Shown in pieces: positions 36,756 to 52,715 of a stretch of DNA of 64,000 nt. The position numbers were made by a program, and so were the translations under genes. The stretch lies in the NCBI RefSeq assembly GCF_009914755.1, contig NC_060927.1. One strand, given 5' to 3'. The stretch comes from the human T2T-CHM13v2.0 reference genome, Homo sapiens. The notes beneath the pieces were generated by a model that searched no databases, was not told where the DNA came from, and saw only the letters and a list, made by a program, of their open reading frames with translations. Within the stretch, counting starts at the first letter, position 1; each line of letters starts with the position of its first letter.

Positions 36756-36824
36756 TTATAGGGTAATGTGTTTCAGGATATCTGAGAAATATTTCTATAT
36801 GATGAGTTATTAACTACACTATTC

Positions 36825-39828
<3,004 letters not shown>

Positions 39829-41631
39829 TTAATTGAAGATGTAATTTAAAAACCTGTTCTTAAAAACTCTGTAATATTTCATTTCTTTTCAGTTTAAAAA
39901 CAATTTTCTGCGTTCTTTGACAAATACATGACACATTTTCTATTATTTTGGATTTGTTTTTAATTTTAATTAGTAAAATCATTATTCTTCTTTTGTAAAA
40001 CTTTGCACTTAGATGTGTATACCCTATTCATTTCAATCTGCCTTTATGTTGTATGGACTTATGTTTTTTAAAAAGTGCATGCTCTGTAGAAAGCAGGGTT
40101 AAATACCATGGGCTACAGAAGCATGCTGCTGGCTCTCAGGGAAAGGTATTACTTCGGATGACGATTTTTATCTATAATCACATTTCTTTTTTGCTATCAT
40201 GAGGAGCCTGATCTGCATTATAATATTTGTTGCTTCATAGTCACTATACAGGAAAAAAATCTTTGTTTATAGTTTGAGGAGAATTTTGAAATTACTGCAT
40301 AAAGATACTTGAAATTTTGCCTCATTGAAAAGCACTAGATGTTTTGAGAAAAATCAATAAACCATATTCCCACCATAACCCAAAGGGAACAAAGTTATTG
40401 AGGTTTGAAATAGCTTACCCCCAAATCATAATTCCTCTAGCATCAGGATTTGTGAGTACCCTTTGCAGCTAAGAGCTTATCATACTGTACTTGGTGAATT
40501 ATTTTCACTAAGTTTATAAAATACACTTAGTCTTTGCACATTATAAGGGATGTTCAAATCCTTTCATTAAAAACACAATGTTTTGCATGCTATTAATTTT
40601 TAAGATGCATTAGCAAATGGATCCTGAATATTAAATGAACACATTTATTTTACCCTTAAAAAAACAAAACATTAATTTGTAGTTAGAATAGAAGCTTTGT
40701 TTTCTTAGCATAAAACAAAAGACAGGCAAAATACACATGAAACCTTTCACTTAACTATGAGATAATTCACCTGAAAATTTCAATATCATTCCAAAAGTTT
40801 AGCAGGGCTGTGATGATCTTCTCTGACATCTGTTGTTCACTGTTCACAGCCTCAAATAAGCAATTCCCAACTCTGTTAGCTGCAGAGGTTGTGATGTGAC
40901 TGGTTGCCAATGGGTGGCGGAGTGACTTCTTATTTGTGGATCATGTGTGTGAATAAATTCTGTCCATTCTGGAAATATCTCCCAACTAAAATTTGCAGCC
41001 AGTCAGATACACATTATCATTAGGTTTGTGAGGCTTAAAAGATGATGTTTAAAAAGATGATGTTCATAAAAGCAGATTTTTTAAATAGAAAGTTCTATTT
41101 ACAAATACGGCATTCTTTGAGAAATAGGATTTGTAATAGACATTTCCTAATTCATAATAAATACATATTTCTCATAATTAAAGAGTCTGTAGAGGAAAAA
41201 TGAAGTTCGTTTGTGGTGTATTAACTACTTAATATTAAAATATAAGAACAATGGCTCTCTCCCTACCACTATTTTCAAACATTGTCTATTCAAAATTCCA
41301 GGCTGGAAAAGAGAAACAAAAATATGTTCAGCAACTCTAATAACCAGATAAGTGCTATACACCTGTAAAGGCAAAGTGCTTTGAGTTCAAGGAGTGGAGA
41401 TAGAAGCTTTATTATTGGGTGGTAATGACAAAGAAGGGATGAAGGGATGGCATTTGAGTCCATGTTGTTTGAACGTTACCTGTTTGTTCCATTTCTCCTT
41501 CACTTTGCTCTTATTGTACTGGAAGAAGTTTATTTTGGCAATTAAAAATAGATCAAAATGAATTTACTAACCATTTACGATACTACGTATTTTACTTATT
41601 TACCTTGTTTATTTTCTGATGTCTGCCACTA

Positions 41632-41765
41632 CCACTAGAATGTAAACTTTGTGAAGGCAGGGGCTGTTGTCAGTTTTTATTGCTGCTACATCCCCAGTCC
41701 TTAGCAGAGAGATGGGGAGAGTGTAGGTGTTTAATGAATATTTGTTGAGTAAATGTTTAGATAAA
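41632..41765 (+). mobile_element. L2 3' terminus
   Basis: ACTAGAATGTAAACTTTGTGAAGGCAGGGGCTG...AATATTTGTTGAGTAAATG. Confidence 0.75.
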
Positions 41766-43239
41766 TTAAAAATAAATTGCAAAACATTTGCAAAGCCCAC
41801 CAAAGAGGAAGAAATAAACCACCCGTAGTCTTGTCAAAGCATTGGCACCTGAAGGATTATTTTCTGTGTATTATTTTTATTATTACAATTGTATAATATA
41901 AAACAAATGGCACCTTTAGATTAGATCAGCTTTCCCAATTCATATTGTTTACTGCAGACATTTTGGAGAGTATAAAAAAATAGGAATCAGAATAAAAGTT
42001 AGCTGGAATACTATTACACAGAGTAACTGTATTAACATCTTTTTTCCCCATCTTTTAATTTTTCCTGTGTAAGTCATGACAGTTCTGCTTGTTAAATAGT
42101 TTCAGATCCATTCACATTTCCTGTATTCCTGTATTCATTGTCAGTCTCCAGCCTCTTGCTTGGATTATTTCAATTGCTTTTTAAATTACTTTATCCACAT
42201 GCAGTTTTGCCTGCTCTCCATCCTTAGGTTTTGTTTTTACTACCATATGTTCTCTTCTCACGAAAGATAGAATGATTTCTTCAAAAAACATTTACTTATT
42301 TTAGTCCCCTACCTGATACTCTTCAATGGATTCCAATTGACCTTAGGATAAAATCCCTAAAACTCTTGCATGATACAGTTGGTGACTCTGTCTCCAACTT
42401 CATGACTTGATCATCTCTGATTCTTTATGATCTTTACATAATGAACTTGAAGGGGCCAGTTTCTTTCCTCTAGACCTTTGATGAAATGTTGCCATGGATG
42501 AATTGCCCTTATTACCTGCATTTGATTAAATCCTTCTCCTTATTCGAATTTCAGTTTAAGTGCTTTACAGTGGGCTTATCCTAACCACCAAACACACAGC
42601 CTGTTGTATGGTGAGTGTTGTTAATATTTGTTGCACTGAATTTGTGTTTTCACCGCATTCTACATTGTAGACTGATTTTTAAGGATATTTATCACAAGAA
42701 TAGTTACAGATCCAAGAAGAAAAATAAGATAATGAGTGATTTATACTATTTATAACTGGATCATTTAATTATCATTTGCAATTTAAAAATAACATGACTC
42801 AGGTTGTTTAATATAAGTTTTACAGATGGAGAAAATCATCACTCAAGTTCTTTGGCAATAAAATGATCATTATGTTGTTTTATGAAGGTTTGTGTGGAAG
42901 GAAATCTACTTCTTGTGTAATAAATCACCTTAGAACATTTCATCAATGCAGCCTAGATATAGTTCTAATAGTTTAAATGTCACAGCAATTGTTGGAATGC
43001 AATTGCACCAGCCATTGCTTGAGAAAGCAATATTCACTACGTGGTTAGGGTAGAGAGTAAGGGGAGATGATTGAGATTTTAATATTAATCAAAAGGGATG
43101 TAAAGTAAAAAGAATTGAAAAATATGTCCAAGCCTGTAATGAGGTATTTTTAAAATTTGCATACAGCCATAGCTGAGTCTTATACCTATGTGTGATATAT
43201 ACTGAAGGGGGAATAAATACTGAGAAATCCTGCTTTGAG

Positions 43240-43570
43240 TTCTCAGCCTTCTTGCAGTATCCATATTCATGTGACAATGTTCCTGTCAACTGAATGTGAA
43301 CGGAATAAATGAGAACGATTTCTCCTATCCCTGCCATCCACTCTGCTTTATTGTGGATCATGTGGACAAGGACAGTACCTCAGTGATGGCAAAAAAAAAA
43401 AAAAAAAAAAAAAAAATAAGGGAACAAACCTAGGTCCTGATACTTTTGCAGAGAAGAGCAGCTTTGTTAAGTCAGACTTTTTATGTGTGAGATAAACAAA
43501 TTATGTTGTTGAAGACACCCTAATTTCGAGTCTCAATTCCATCAACAGAACTGAATGCTAATTAAACGTG
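43240..43570 (+). mobile_element. Old MLT1 (J/K-like) LTR fragment with internal A26 run
   Basis: GATGGC(A)n...CCTAGGTCCTGA...GACTTTTTATGTGTGAGATAAACAAA; poly-A 43391-43416. Confidence 0.5.
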
Positions 43571-43831
43571 TGGTCATCAAAAATTGCAATGTATCTTAAA
43601 TGAATGTGGATGTGATACTGGGAGGGAAGTAGCAGAAGATGCTGACAGCTGAAGTGAATTGGAATCAGGTTCTTGAGCAGGGAACACCTGTACCAGGTTT
43701 CCAGTCTCACAAACTAATAAAAAAATATAAATTTGTTTATTAGTCTCTCTGTGGCACTTTTTTTTATTTTTGCCTTTTAGAAGCGCTTAGCAAATATGAA
43801 CCTTCTTTTTATCTATTAATAGATGGCTACC

Positions 43832-43881
43832 CCTTCCTTCCTTCCTTCCTTCCTTCCTTCCTTCCTTCCTTCCTTCCTTCC
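43832..43881. repeat. (CCTT)n microsatellite
   Basis: Directly visible. Confidence 0.97.
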
Positions 43882-44159
43882 TATCTATCCTTCCTTTGAA
43901 TGTATTTTAAGTATTGGCAATAGATATTATTGGAAGGATAGAAATAGTCAAGAACTAAAAGAGAAAGAAAGACTTTTCAGCTAAAATGAGACTATAGAGT
44001 AGTGCAAAGGGAGTTAGAATTTAACAAGTGCTGGCAGGAATTATGAATAGCCTTGCTCTGCTGCACTGATCAGGTTCATATTATTGAAAGGCCTATGGAT
44101 CCTCTGAGATAAGAGATTCAGGAAGATACTTCCCGTTCACAATTAATTTGGGTAAGAGT

Positions 44160-44655
44160 GTTTTCATTATCCATTGCTCCACAACAAATTACAATAATAC
44201 TTACTGGCTTAAAACAACTATAACCATTATTAATTTCTGTGAGTCGGGGATCTGGAGGGGATTCTGTTTGTCAGTTTTTGCTTAGGATCTCTCATGAAGT
44301 TGCAGTTGGATATCTACTGGTGCTGCAGCCATCTGAAGGCTTGACTGGGACTGGAGAATTCACTTTCAAGGAGGAACATTTACATGGCTGGCAAGTTGTG
44401 CTTTTTGTGGTTCAGGGCCCTCACTTCCTGTTCATGTGGGCTTCTCCATGTTTTAAGTGTTCTTAGGGGAATGTAGCCGGCCTTTACAAGAGCAAGCAAT
44501 CCAAAAGAGCAAAGTGGAAGCTGCAATGACATCTATGATTTTGCCTCAGAAATTACACATCCCATCTTGTGCTATACTCTATTGGTCACACCTGTTACTC
44601 CTGATTTAGTGTGGGAGTAAAGTATAGAAGGAGGTGACTTGGATGCTAGCATTTA
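44160..44655 (-). mobile_element. MaLR LTR (MLT1F/G/H-like)
   Basis: TGGCTTAAAACAAC, CTCATGAAGTTGCAGT, CATCTGAAGGCTTGACTGGGACTGGAG, ACATGGCTGGCAAGTT. Confidence 0.8.
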
Positions 44656-45399
44656 CAAAAACAGTAACCTAAGAATATCAAGAATCAGGGAAAAAATGAA
44701 ATAAAGTGGCTGAAATTGAATCCTAGATCTAAGTCTATGTCTTAGGAGGCTTTGTCCTTTTCATTCCACCTATTATTTTTTATACTTACCTCTGATGTGT
44801 GTTGAGTGGTTGAGGAAAGGAGTTCTTTTACCTAATAAAGCATCAAGTTGTACCTTGAAAGATATCAATAGTAGTAAGATGCTATTATTCTGAAGAATCT
44901 GTAAGCAGGACTCTAAGGGGTAAAAATTGCACTCCCAGATGGAGCCAAGAATAAAGGTGTTCTGAATGCTGGAACACTACCCAGAGGTGTTGTAGGGCAA
45001 TCTGATGGGAAAAATAAAGAACTAGGCTGCATTATCCTCTGGATTCGAGTGGGATTCTTATCCACTACTAACAGGACTTGTTTTTTTGATAACGGATTCT
45101 GACTCTATTGTCCTTCATCCACCTACTTTTTTGAACAAATTTGTCTACACTTATTTTGTAGCTATCTTTTGTTTCTCTGATCCTATTGTGAAAAATTTCC
45201 CATGTTAGTAACACTTATGTGCAATGAGATTTATCAAAGATGCAAAAGCCATAGTGGATTATAAAAGCAGGGCTAAATTTTCTCAGCCATTTTACCTGAT
45301 TTCAAACAGAGAAGCTCTGCTTGTATTCATTTTATATATTGCAGGTATGCGTAGGAGGTTTTTGACAAAATGGTTTTACTGCTAAAAGGATTAGGAAAA

Positions 45400-46200
<801 letters not shown>

Positions 46201-46563
46201 CAGATGCTAGGGGAAAAATTGTCATAGGGAATCACGCTTTTTTTTTTTTTTTTCAATATTCATTGTCTTCTAAGAAGAACAAATCCTAAAGAAGGTTCTT
46301 TCTTTACTAAGTAGATGCTGGGTATTAGGCTATAAATGGGAGAAATTAATAGAGGGCTAAATTTCTCATCCTTAAGAAAAGAGACATAATGAAATAATGA
46401 GACAGGTGGTGGAGAAAGAGAAGAAGGTGGTTGGGAAATGAAGGTGATAATAGAAGGATGGGTTGATAGACAGGATGATGTAGGGAAAGAAGATTGGAGG
46501 AACAAGGAGGAGGGTAATTGATGTATCCAGATAAAATTTGGGGATAGCAGCACTTAAAGGCAT

Positions 46564-46674
46564 GGGGTGACTATACATCCTCAGTTTCCCTGACAGTTCC
46601 AGTATTTGTATATTAATCTAGGAAAATTATTCAAGTGCCCTGATTTAGATGATAAACCATATGATTACTTCCTA
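46564..46674. mobile_element. MER94-like hAT-Blackjack MITE
   Basis: GGGTGACTATACATCC...GACAGTTCCAG...AAGTGCCCTGATTTAGATGATAAACCATATGATTAC. Confidence 0.55.
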
Positions 46675-46779
46675 GAAGATTTTTTAAAGAATATTTACAA
46701 AATAGTTTGTGATGTAATTATTTCTGTCTTTCCACACAATTTTCAGTAAAATATCCATCCTTTATTAATACACTGTTGA

Positions 46780-47670
46780 AATGGATCTGACTTTATGATA
46801 CATGAAATGACAGCATCCTGCTTCAAGGGAGGCATGGGCTGTTCATGGAAAGTCTTTTTGATGATGGCCTTTCATGATCTGCTTCTACTCAAGTCTCAAC
46901 TATATTTCCAGTCATTTTCCCATATGTACCTGAGCCAATGCAGCCATTTTGAATTTCTTATATTTTTCCAGAGTTTACATTATTTCATGAATCACTCTAT
47001 ATAGTCTCTCCTGAAAATTCCACTTGTTTCTTAACTGCCTAGTGAACTTTTAAGGTCCAGATCAGAGCTCCATTTCCTGGCATTCTTCCTTACAATATCA
47101 GTGCTTTTCTTTACTGCAGCACTTATAACATTGTTCGATTGGTTCACTGGCCTCTGGCCTCCTGGACGATGACAATTATGTCCTGTTCGTCTTTATTTCT
47201 TTCTCCTGTGAACACCATGCCTAACAGAAGATCAATTCAAAAAATACTTACTGAGTGCCTACTATATGCTACCATATATTACCGATGCCTGGTACAGTAG
47301 TAGAGTACACCTTCTACTCTTCTACTGCTCTACAGTAGTACCAGGCACCAGTAACAGATGAATCAAATACAGTACAAGATTACTCAATGTGGTCTAGATG
47401 TCAATCAAGAGAAAAACATGTAAGTCCATTAATTATCAAGTGCTGAATTTGTAGAGGTTTCTATGATACAAGATCAGAAACACAGAGAGAAGCATGAATA
47501 ATTATGGATTGATCAAGGAAGAACACATAGAAGAAGTTCCTCTTGGGTTGTTTTTTAAGTATTTATGGAAATTCTGCAAGTGAGAGAGATGGGATGGAAT
47601 GCATGTGCACAGGCACTGAGGATTAAAGGGAGTTTGGAGATTATAAGTAGTTTAGTGTTTCAGGATTGTG
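46780..47670. mobile_element. Tail-to-tail L2 fragments (plus then minus)
   Basis: Plus-strand L2 body (TGGCCTTTCATGATCTG...) to ~47250, then minus-strand end ATTCAAAAAATACTTACTGAGTGCCTACTATATG and purine-rich body. Confidence 0.55.
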
Positions 47671-49784
47671 TGTTCAGTACTCAATTTACATGCAATTTTG
47701 ATACTGTTTTATCAGGCAAATATTTTTTAAAAAACTCTAAATAAAGGAAGCATCAGGAGCAAAGGTCATCAGAAGTAAAAACTGGGTCTATTAACTCAAT
47801 GGTGATTCAATATGCATTTCTTCTTTTTTTTTTTCTTTTTACTCTCCTCTCTTGCTGCAGTTTTCTGTTTCCCTGCTTCAAGTTTTATTCTTACTTTTTT
47901 TTTCTCCTGTGCTTCTTACTCCTCCACTCCTCTAACTGGAGTTTGTGCTGAGGAGGAAAGAACAGAGAGACAGCTGGACAGATAAACATGAAAGACACAG
48001 AGAGAGGATACGTGGTGGTGGTGAGGCTGCCATATCTACCTTTCATCTTTACATAGAAGAGCAGTCATCGTTTTTCATATTGTTTCTTTGTGTTTAAAAA
48101 TTCCTTTTCTTGACAGAAGTGCAGGATTACAGACACTAGGTATCCCTGTATTAGATAAGAAGAAAGGAATAAACAATTTCTATATACAGGCATACCTCGT
48201 TTCATTGCACTTTGCTTTACTGTGCTTCACAGATACTGTGTTTTTACAACTTAAAGGTTAGTGGCAATTCTGAGTTGGGCAAGTCTATCAATACCATTTT
48301 CCCAACAGTATGTACTGACTTCATGTCTCTGAGTCATATTTAGGTAATTCTTATAATATTTCAAATGTTTAATTATTACGTAAGTCTGTTATGGTGATCT
48401 ATGATCAGTGATCTTTGATGATACTATTGTAATTGTTTTGGGGCACCAGGAACTGCACCCAGATAAGATGGCAAACTTTACTGATAAATGTGTGTTTTTT
48501 GACTGTTCTACTAGTTGACCATTACCCCATCTCTCTTCTCCTTGAGCCTCCCTATTCCCTGAGGCACAATATTGAAATTAGGCCAATTAATAACCCTACA
48601 ATAACCTGTAAGGTAATTGTTCAAGTGAAAGGAAGAGTCATGTGCTTCTCACTTCCAATCAAAAGCTAGAAATGATGAAGCTTAGTAAAAAATACATGTC
48701 AAAAGCCAAGACTGACTGAAAGCTAGGCCTCTTGTGCCAACCAGCTTAGCTGTGAATACAAGAAAAAGTTCTTGAAGGAAGTTAAAAGTGCTATGCCAGT
48801 GAACACATGAATGGTAAGAAAGTGAAACAGCCTAATTTATGACATGGAGAAAGTATTAGTGGTCTGGATAGAAGATCAAAGCAGCTACAACATTCCCTTA
48901 AACCTAAACCTAATTCATAGCAAGGCCCTAACTCTTTTCAATTCTATCAAGGCTGAGGGAGGTGAGGAAGCTGAAGAAGTTGCAAGCTAACACAGATTGG
49001 CTCATAAGGTATAAGGAAAGAAGACATTTCTATAATATAGAAGTGCAAGGTGAACCCACAAGTCCTCATGTAGAAGCTGCAGCAAATTATCCAGAAGAAC
49101 TGGCTAATATAATTGATGAAAATGGCTACACTAAATAACAACTTTTCAGTGCAGATGAAACAACTTTCTAATGAAAGAAGATGCTAGCTAGGACTTTCAA
49201 AGTTAGAGAGCAGATGTTGATGCCTGCTCCAAAGCTTCGAAGGACAGACTGACTCTCTTGTTAAGCACTAATGCATCTGGTAACTGAAAGTTGATGCCAG
49301 TGCTCATTTACCTTTCTGAAAATCCTAGGGCCCTTAAGAATTATGCTAAATTTACTCTGCTTGTGGTCTATAAATAAAACAACGAAGCCTGGATGATAGC
49401 ATATCTGTTTACAGCATGACTTACTGAATATTATAAGCCCACTGTTGAGACCTACTTCTCAGAGAAAAAGATTCTTTTTAAAATGTTACTACTCATAGTC
49501 AATGTGCTTGGTGATTCAAAAGCTCCAGTGGACATGTATAAGAGAGTAACATTGTTTTCATGCCTGCTAACACAACATCCATTCTGCAGCCCATGGATCC
49601 AAGAGTAATTTTGATTTTGAAGTCTTTTTACTTAATAAGTACATTTCATAAGACTATAGGTGCAGTATATAATTTTCCTCTGATGGAACCGGGCAAAGTA
49701 AATTGAAAGACTTCTGGAAAGGATTTGCCATTCTAAATGTCATTAATAACATTAATGATTAATGAGAGGAGGTCAAAATATCAA

Positions 49785-51454
49785 GAGATGATTATAATCT
49801 CAAAAGATACAACCCTGAATGCAGTAATTCTGATATTGAATTCAAAAGATCAAAATCTTTGACGTCTAAAATCCTGAAGATCACAATCCTGAAACATCAA
49901 AATCCTGAAAATAAAATTCTGAGAAAAAAACTTTAAAAATTATATAATTTTATTGTGAATCAGACAGCCTCATGAACTAGAATAGGTTCAGAGAGAGTCC
50001 CTAAAAATGATTCCACTTTACACAATAAAATAGGCAATAATAACATATAGTTTTGCAAATATAAACACTGAAGTATATTAATGACACTTGCATGAATATA
50101 ACAGTTCTGACTGGGTGAATCATATTCATAAATAAATAGGTCAAAAAGGAAAATGAATAAATTCATATCAATATGATTGATAGTTGTGTGCACTCAGCTT
50201 TATAATTGCAGCCATTGGAAATAGTGTGATGAAAAACCTAAGTCTTTAAACAAGATCAATGAAAAACCATGATGGGTCACCACCACATATGCAGTCACCC
50301 AGAGAGCTGAGATTCTGAAAAATTTTATCCTTCACAAATGCAGATGTACAAAAAGGACATCTCTTCATTTACTGAAGAAATTTCAACATTTTTACATACA
50401 TGCAAAGTGATTACACACAGGCAACATTGTGATAATGCACTTTCATAGAGTAAAATTTGCAAAAAAATGTATAAAACACATTCAAATGCTCTAAAAGTCT
50501 CCATACAATTTATACCTCCAATATTGGAAATTATGGGAAGACAAAATTTATAACATAGCAAATTGTAAAAAAGTAATGCTGACAATTAAAAATAGTGAAA
50601 AAATAGAAAAAAGAAAAAGAAACAAGAACACCACCCTCAAAACTAAAAAAAAAAATTCAACACATGAAGAAGTGTATTACAGGGATAGATTATGGGTAAT
50701 TGCAGAAGATAATCCATAAGAGCTGGCAGATTTTCATGATCATTAACTGTATTTTTAAGTCTTGCATCACAATGAATAGCTTTTTTTTTTTCTTTTTTCT
50801 TTTAGGATATGGCTCTCCTAGGAAAATAGTTTACATTCACTTTCTATGTGGCACCACTGTCTTTCAAATTCTTATATGATTCAATATATACCAACGTGAG
50901 CATTCCCTGCTAAATTTTCCATCTTTTGTGTCATGCTTCTATGTAGTTTTGTGTATGTGGAAATCCATTCCACATGCATTCATACACAGACTGCAAATTT
51001 AGCAGAAACAATATTGGTGATATAACAGCAACACCGTTGTGTAAGTGTATTCTTATTCTATCATGCACATAATTATTGTTAAGCCAGTCAGTGACTTTCC
51101 TAACTTTTTCAGGCAAAAGTGGCTTTAATTCATTAAAAACTCCTGGAAAGTCATTAGCTGGAAGGAATTTCAATGTAGGCAAATGATCACTTTTAAACTG
51201 AGGTATTCATTGTTGCCATATCACGCGGCCAAGCTACTCATCTGAACTTACCACCAAATGCAAATAAAAAAATTATAAGATAATAGTTCCATCTAACATG
51301 GTGTGACTATCCTGTGACAGTTATTTGGGGGGTTTTAGATGATAGGAATTTTAGACTTTAGAGACTTAGACTTCAGAGATTTTGATCATTCAGGATTTCA
51401 ACATTTGCGATTAAGCATTCAGGACTGTGTCTTTCAGGATTATCATCCAAATTC
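49785..51454. mobile_element. Ricksha (Mutator/MULE DNA transposon, Ricksha_0-like), both ends present
   Basis: Long TIRs made of AAAATCCTGAA-type subrepeats; 9-10 bp TSD AAAATATCAA (49775-49784) / AAAACATCAA (51455-51464); 1670 bp. Confidence 0.85.
50870..51260 (-). pseudogene. MULE transposase C-terminal remnant
   Basis: LKFLPANDFPGVFNELK...WLNNNYV...VYE...GFPHTQNYIEA*H resembles MULE LAFLP...F..L / YF...Y / W.VY / PRTNN..E.WH motifs. Confidence 0.75.
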
Positions 51455-51939
51455 AAAACATCAACATTAACAGTAGTTTGGAGGAAGTTGATTCCAACCC
51501 TCATGAATGACTTTGAAGGATTTAAGGCTTCAGTGGATAAAAATCACTGCAGATGTGGTGGAAATGGCAAGAGAATTTGAATTCGAAGTGGAGTCTGAAG
51601 ATGCGACTGAATTGCTGAAATCTCATGATAAAATTTGAATGGATGAGGAGTTTCTTTTTATGGATGAACAAAGAAAGTGAGGGTTTTTTTTAGTGGACTC
51701 TACTCCTGGGGAAGATGCTGTGAACATTGTTAAAATGAAAACAAAGGATTTAAAATATTATGTAAATTTATTTGATAAGGCAACGGCAGGGTTTGAGAAG
51801 ATTGACTTCAATTTTGAAAGAACTTCTATAGTAGGTAAAAGACTATCAAACATATCTCATGCTACAGAGAAATCTTTTGTGAAATGAAGAATCAATTCAT
51901 GTGGCAAACTTCCTTGTCTTATTTTAAGAAATTGTTGCA

Positions 51940-52158
51940 AGTCAATAACAACTTAATTATACATTTAAAAATAACTAAGAATGTAAATGGATTGTTTGTA
52001 ATACAAAGGATAAATGCTTGAGGGGATAGATACCCCATTTTCAATGATGTGATTATTATGTATTGCGTGTCTGTATCAAAACATCTAATGTACCCTATAA
52101 ATATATACACCTACTGTGTACCCACAAAGATTAAAATAAATTTAAAAAGAGAAAAAAA
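51940..52158 (+). mobile_element. L1MA2/3-like 3' stub inside Tigger1
   Basis: AAAGGATAAATGCTTGAGGGGATAGATACCCCATT...CCTACTGTGTACCCACAAA, A-tail; TSD ~AAGAAATTGT. Confidence 0.88.
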
Positions 52159-52489
52159 AATTGTCACAGTAACCCTGACCTTTAGCAACCACCACCCTGA
52201 TCAGTCAGCAGCTATCAACATCAAAGCAAGACCTTCCACCAGCAAAAAGATTATGACTTGCTAAAGGCTCAGATTGTCATCAGCATTTTTTAGCAATAAA
52301 GTATTTTAAAATTAAATTTAGACATAATGCTGTCGCACACTTAATGGACTACAGAATAAACATAACTTTTATGTGCACTGGGAAACTAAAAATATTGTGA
52401 GATTCATTTTATTGTGATACTTGCTGTATTGCACTTGTCTGGAACTGAACCTGCAATATCTCTGAGGTATGACTGTACTTACCCTTATA

Positions 52490-52715
52490 GGTGGTATTAT
52501 ATAGTCACCAGGAGTTCAGACTCTGGAGCTAATAATCTTCTTGGGTTTGAATCCTAGCTCTGCTACCAATGAGCTATGTGACCTTTGGCAATTTACTTAA
52601 TTATAATATCAGTAAGTACCTCATAACTTTGCTTCAAGAAAAATATGATATAATTCATATAAAGTATTGACGACAGTGCCTGAAGTAAAAATACAACAAA
52701 TATTAGCTATTATCA
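52490..52715 (+). mobile_element. MIR
   Basis: GACTCTGGAG...TGGGTTTGAATCCTAGCTCTGCTAC...TGTGACCTTTGGCAATTTACTTAA...ATTAGCTATTAT. Confidence 0.8.

Larger units (their letters stand above)
48187..52475 (+). mobile_element. Tigger1 (TcMar/pogo) full length, with two nested insertions
   Basis: TA-CAGGCATACCTCG start and GAGGTATGACTG-TA end; transposase remnants (GATGAAACA, ATTCTGCAGCCCATGGAT); about 2.4 kb after removing inserts. Confidence 0.95.

Noticed and set aside
43391-43416. Orphan A26 tract as a processed-pseudogene tail
   Set aside because: No TSD or upstream mRNA-like body; lies in an A-rich position of an old MLT1
48187-52475. Possible TIGD1-like domesticated gene
   Set aside because: Transposase frame has many stops and two insertions
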